A stretch of DNA of 64,000 nucleotides from contig JANHCV010000006.1 of the NCBI GenBank assembly GCA_025594325.1, positions 1,302,001 to 1,366,000 of the forward strand, given 5' to 3'. Source of the stretch: Blastocladiella emersonii ATCC 22665 (Eukaryota > Fungi > Blastocladiomycota). The notes beneath the pieces are model-generated. The model did no database searches. It was not told where the DNA came from and saw only the letters and a program-made list of their open reading frames with translations. Position 1 is the first letter of the stretch, and every line of letters starts with the position of its first letter. Below, piece by piece: positions 59,266-64,000 of this stretch. Both the position numbers and the translations under genes were made by a program.

Positions 59266-62188
59266 TTACTTGAGCGGCTCCATGACGATATGCACGAGGA
59301 TGGTCGCGTCCGACGACTGCTTTCCCTTCCAGTTGCGCAGGTACAGGTGGCGGTACCCCTGGCGCAGGCACTTGACGGGGGCGGCCCACGACCCCAAGAA
59401 ATCGCTGGTGCCCACGTCCTTGTCGTACACGGTGAACCGGATCAGCGACAGGTCCGCGTTATGCACCTTGGCCGTGAACGACTCGTTCCACGGCGGGTTC
59501 CACCCGTTGTTCTGCACCGTCTCGGTCCGGTACACGAACGACGGGTCCTCGGAGATGCGCGACGCGTCGCCCGCGGTGCCGTTCGGGCTGTCGGGTGTAG
59601 GCGCGGGCGCGGCCTGCAGCGGCGGCGAGGAGCCGGGGACGGACGACGAGGTGGGAGCGGAAGCCGAGGTCGGCGAGCCGAGCGGCGCGGGCACAGGCGC
59701 GTCGTAGATCTCGACCACCACGTACGGGTCGATCACCTCGCCCTTGACCTTGTCCTTGGACTTGGGCAGGTGGTGCCCGCACAGGATCTACACACACACG
59801 CCGCTTCGCGTCAGTACAAACCACTTCCACGTCGTCAAATGTCTCTCCAAGCAACGAACGCACCTTGACACGCAGCTTGACCCCCACCGGCCGCACCGCC
59901 GCCGCGTCGCGCATGTACGCGGGCTTGAGGACGTACCCGCACCCGCCGTTCTGGGCGAAAAACCCGGCATTGATGGCCATCCCCGTATCGAACGTCTGCC
60001 AGTTGAGCGCGACGATCTGGGCGCCGCCCGCCCAGTGCGGGAACGGGTTGTAGTTGGACGACCCGACGCGCGTCCCCGCCGGGTACACGCGCGCGAGCCG
60101 GTGCGCCGTGTGCCCGATCATGCCCGACAGCTGCGCGCGCGCGTGCTTGAGGTACGCCGACTCGGAGAAGGACGACATGTAGCAGAACGACGGCGCGGTG
60201 GTGGCCGCGGCGGAGACGAGGGTCGTGGTCGACGGCACCGAGTCGCTGCGCGGGAGCGTGCGCTCGGCCGCGGGGGCGGAAGGCGACCCGAGCTCCTGGA
60301 TCGTCGACGTGCTGAACTTGACGGCGCGCGCGTACACAGCGAGCGCGGCGAGGTCCGGGTGGATCGACGAGGACGCTGCAGCTCCACTGGCGGGCGGCGA
60401 CGTGGCGAGCGCGGCCGCGGGACTCGACGCCGCACTGGGCGACCCGTTACTGCTGCTGTTGTTGAGGTCGAGTGCGCGCATCGCGGTGGCGAGCTGGTCC
60501 GACGACCCGTTGCCGGCGACGACGGGGATGGGCTGCGGGTCCGAGGTGGCGGTCGTGGGCGAGGTCGGGGCCTCGGTGCCGAGCGGCGAGTCGGTCATGC
60601 TCGCGTCGGTGGACGCGAACAGGGCCGACGACTGGCGGCGCGCAAAGGTCGAGCGCGACTTGGACATGGACTCGGACGCGTCGTCGTCGGCGCCGGCGCC
60701 CGATGAAGAGGACGAGGAGGGCGACGGGTACGACTTGCCCTTGACGAGGATGCGGTGCTTGAGGCTCTCGGGCGACGGGATGGCGGCCTCGTTCTCGTTG
60801 AGTCGGGCCGTGACGAGGGCGGGCCCGAGGATCGACTTGAGGTAGTACGCGATCTTGCCCTGCTGCGCGTACCCGCAGTGCATCTCGAGCGAGAGGATGA
60901 GCGGGAACTCGGACGCGACGAACGCGTATCGCTGGACGGCGACGACCACGTCGCGGAACAGGATCTTGGTGGTGCGCGTGTGTCCGTGGTAGACGACGGG
61001 TTCGTCGTGCGGGCCGTCCCAGCAGTCGACCTCGACGCACCGGCACCCGCGCTGGAGGGCGCGCACGTACGCCTCGACCGACGACTCGGAGTTGAGCTGG
61101 TTGCCGACGAGGTACGTGTTGTGCGACGAGGAGATGAAGTAGTGGGCGAGCGGCTGGGTCATGTCCATGTGCACGGCCTCGGTGCGGCAGTCGAGCGCCG
61201 CGTTCTGCGGCGACAGGAGGTAGATGTGGAACGACATGGCGTCGAGCGCCCACCCGCCCTCGACGTCGGCCGCGGGCACCGCGAACGAGTGGAACAGCGC
61301 CGCAATCTGCTCGTCGTCGAGCGACGTCTCGCGCTGCGTCGACCGCAGGAACTCGGCGAACCGCGGCAGATCGAGCTTGCCCGACCCGTCGACGCCGCCC
61401 GTGACCAGGTCAAACGCGCGTACCACCTCGGGCGACCGCTTGAGGTGCATGCACAGGCGCGAGAAGGCGTCAAAGTCGAGCCACCCCTGCTTGCGGTCGT
61501 AAAGCCCGAACAGGCGGCGGATCTGGTCCTTCGAGAGGGCGACGTTGAAGGACTTGAGCGCCTCGAGGGTCTCGTCGAGCTCGACGCGGCCGTTCTCGTC
61601 GGCGTCGGTGGCGGCCCACGCGCGCTGGATCCACGTGTTGATGAGGAACTCGATGTAGTCGCGTCCGTCGAGGGCCTTGAGCTCGGACCGCAGGCCCTCG
61701 AGCACCGCGACGAGCACGGTGCGAAGCTGCGGCGTGGGCAGGACGAGGTCGAGGATCTTGGGCTCGCCGTGGTGCAGGTAGTGGATCGACAGGCACCGCT
61801 CGTTGAACTCGACGGCCTTGGTCGACACAAACGACAGCTCGGTGCGCAGCTCCGTGATGTCGTGCACGTTGATGGTGGTCAGCTCGCGCGGCTTGCGCTT
61901 GGACGACCACCGGAAGTGCCGCCGCAGGATGTCGAGCTTGAAGACGCGGTCCTTGGACGACCCGGACTTGCGGTCCAGCTTCATCAGCGTCACGCCCGCG
62001 CACAGCACGTCCAGCGTCTGCATCTCGGCCGACTCGAGACCGTACATGGGCACCGCGCCGCCCGCGACCGAGCTCGGCGTGCCGCTCGCGGTACCCGCGC
62101 CCGCCGCGTCGGCCAGGTTCGCCGCCGACAGCGTCTTGACGCTCGGCTTGCGCGACAGCGGCAGCTGGAACCGCTTGAAGAAGGACAT
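59266..62188 (-). CDS. PLC1: Phosphoinositide-specific phospholipase C (PH-EF-X-Y-C2, delta-like), 1 intron near 59788-59860
   Basis: DMTQPLAHYFISSSHNTYL, GCRCVEVDCWDG, HGHT, ILSLEMHC, RVYPAGTRVGSSNYNP, VALNWQT, GGCGYVLKP, C2 with NNGWNPPWNE. Confidence 0.95.
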
Positions 62189-62401
62189 GGATGGACGGCG
62201 ATCTGGCAGCGCAGAGGCGTGCGTGAGTTGACGGATGCCGCAACGGCGGCGAGGGAGCAACCGTACTCGAAGAGGACGTCGCGATGGGAACAACAACAAG
62301 GTTACAGGTCGATTGGTTGGTGCAGGCCGCAACGGCACGGCAGTATAGATACAGAGCAGAGAGAGGGGGCGCGCGGTGTGCAGCAGGTGCGGGGCGTTGG
62401 A

Positions 62402-62409
62402 TATTTATA
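62402..62409 (-). promoter_or_regulatory. Candidate TATA box (TATAAATA) upstream of PLC
   Basis: Plus strand TATTTATA in an otherwise GC-rich intergenic region, about 215 nt upstream of the PLC ATG. Confidence 0.35.
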
Positions 62410-62582
62410 CGGCCGGCGGGCGGTCAAGGTCGGACGCGACGCGGTGGCGAGCGGAGCGGCAAGAACGCGTGGCCGTGCCAAGCACGTCGGCCCGATGCGC
62501 CACTGCGGCCGCCTCACCGCTGCCCCATCACGACGACCGCGAGTGCCAACCTAAGGTCTTCGGTTCAATTTGTACACACAGA

Positions 62583-63942
62583 TCACCGTCCAGGCGACGC
62601 CAGCGGGTCCGACCCGGCCGGCACCGCGAGGTCGTCGAGCGGCCGCAGCTCGCCGCGGCTGCCGCCTCCGCCGTTCGCGGCCGCACCGGATCCCCCAAGA
62701 GTGCTGCTCGACAGGGCGCCCGTGGATCCCAGCAGGGCCTTGAGCGCGCCGCGCGCTGCGTTGCGGACGACGCGGGGTGGCCCGCCGCCGAGCGAAGCGC
62801 CGCCACCGGTGCTGGTCCCGAGCGGGTCGGCTGCCGCTGTTGCTGCTGCTGCCGCGGGATCGGTAGCAGTGAGGGCAGCGAGCACGCTGCTCCGCGAGCT
62901 GGGCAGGAAGCCCGGGAACGCCGAGTCGGCCGACTTGCGGCGCGACCCCACGGCTGCGGCGGCAGCTGCTGGGCCACCCCGAGTCGCGCGGGTGGGTGGC
63001 GACCCCGCGGATGCCGCCGCGGCGGCCGCTTGCGCGGCGGCCTGGGCGCGCTGGTCGAGGTCAAAGACGACGGGGGCGAACCGGTGGCGAAACTGGACCG
63101 CCTGGAGGACCACGTCGGTGCCGGTGAGCGGGGACGCGTAGTGCATGGCGGCGCGCATGACGGCCGCGTAGTCGTCCTGCATGAGGTGGTGGCGGCTCGC
63201 CTCCATGACCGACGCGGCGAAATACCCGAGATGGTCGGCCCATGCGTTCGGGTGCGACCGCTGCATGCACAGGAGGCCGTCCCACAGGTCGACGAGCGTG
63301 TGGAGCGAGAACTCGCGCGCGAACAGGAGGCGCAGCCAGCGGATCCCGAACAGGTGCGGCTCGAGGCCGAGCGCGGCGAGGTGCCGGTACAGCTCGTCGT
63401 CGATAGCGCGCAGGAACACGTGGAAGAAGCGGGTCGAGTGCTTGACGGCGTGGTCGCGCTCGAACAGGAACCCCTGCAGCCGCATCAGCGCGTCGTACAG
63501 GTAGTAGGTGAGCGCCTCGCGGTCCGCGGCCGTCTGCGCCCCCGTCCGCTCCTCGTGCACCAGCCAGTACAGCACCGCGCACAGCTCGTGCATCCCCTGC
63601 CGGTACGGCACCCGCTGGTGCAGCGTGTACAGGCACAGGATGTTGGACAGCGCCGCCTGCGTCTCGGGGGTTTGGAAGAAGTCGTCCTCGGGGTACGCCC
63701 GCATCACGTCCTTGTCCACGGTCGCGCGAACCTCCTCGAGCGCAAAGAACCGCGACCACGTGCTGTCCTCGGACTGCGACAGCGGGTGGTCGACGCCGCT
63801 TGACGCGGGCGGTGTCGTCGAGGCGGCGCGGCGAGGGCCCGCACCGCCCCCGTGCGGGTCGACGAGCGTGCGGTCGCGCAGCTCCGTGTACGTTTGCGTG
63901 TTCCACGCGGGCAGGTCGGGTGAGACGACCGAGAGGTAGATC
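62583..63942 (-). CDS. TBC-domain Rab GAP (TBC1D5-like), partial; the upstream exon lies beyond the window (intron 63943-64000)
   Basis: DHPLSQSEDSTWSRFF, VDKDVMRAYPE (IxxDxxR), YRQGMHEL (YxQ), EPHLFGIRWLRLLFAREF, LWD. Confidence 0.88.
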
Positions 63943-64000
63943 TACACCTCATTCGTTGTGAGATGGTGCTCCTATCGCCGCAAAGCAAGGTCGCGCGTAC

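Noticed and set aside
1-64000. tRNA, rRNA, bacterial defence or prophage systems
   Set aside because: No cloverleaf, rRNA signature or prokaryotic operon structure recognised by eye. A tRNAscan-SE or Infernal run would be needed to exclude small RNAs in the two intergenic islands.

Overview
Eukaryotic, GC-rich, gene-dense genomic DNA with short spliceosomal introns (about 55-100 nt, donors GTACG/GTGCG, branch CTRAC/CTCAC). The fungal-type housekeeping genes together with the flagellar/basal-body genes CCDC39 and Chibby point to a zoosporic fungus, probably Blastocladiomycota-like (inference, not verified). About 23 conserved protein genes can be read: AlaX, VMA1, TOF1, beta-adaptin, DIS3, a LYC1-like GNAT, FIGNL1, NPL4, EFG1, an OYE, an OPT transporter, CCT1, PEX2, PRP22, a TRAIP-like RING protein, a PCI protein, a PH protein, CCDC39, an INPP5E-like 5-phosphatase, Chibby, PLC and a TBC1D5-like protein. 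Two lower-GC accessory intervals (about 17.9-20.6 kb and 33.2-35.7 kb) hold the most unusual structure. (1) An inverted duplication of the CCT1 3' end is 266/267 nt identical across the coding part, while the duplicated downstream non-coding flank is strongly diverged; it could be an invertible 3'UTR-swapping cassette, a gene-converted repeat or a hairpin-RNA source. (2) There are tandem Helitron-type 3' termini (hairpin + 10 nt + CTAG). Also notable are a CCDC39 / INPP5E-like / Chibby / PLC ciliary-phosphoinositide neighbourhood, an intron at the canonical VMA1 intein site, and a tandem pair of small membrane proteins I do not recognise. All calls come from reading the sequence; no searches were run.
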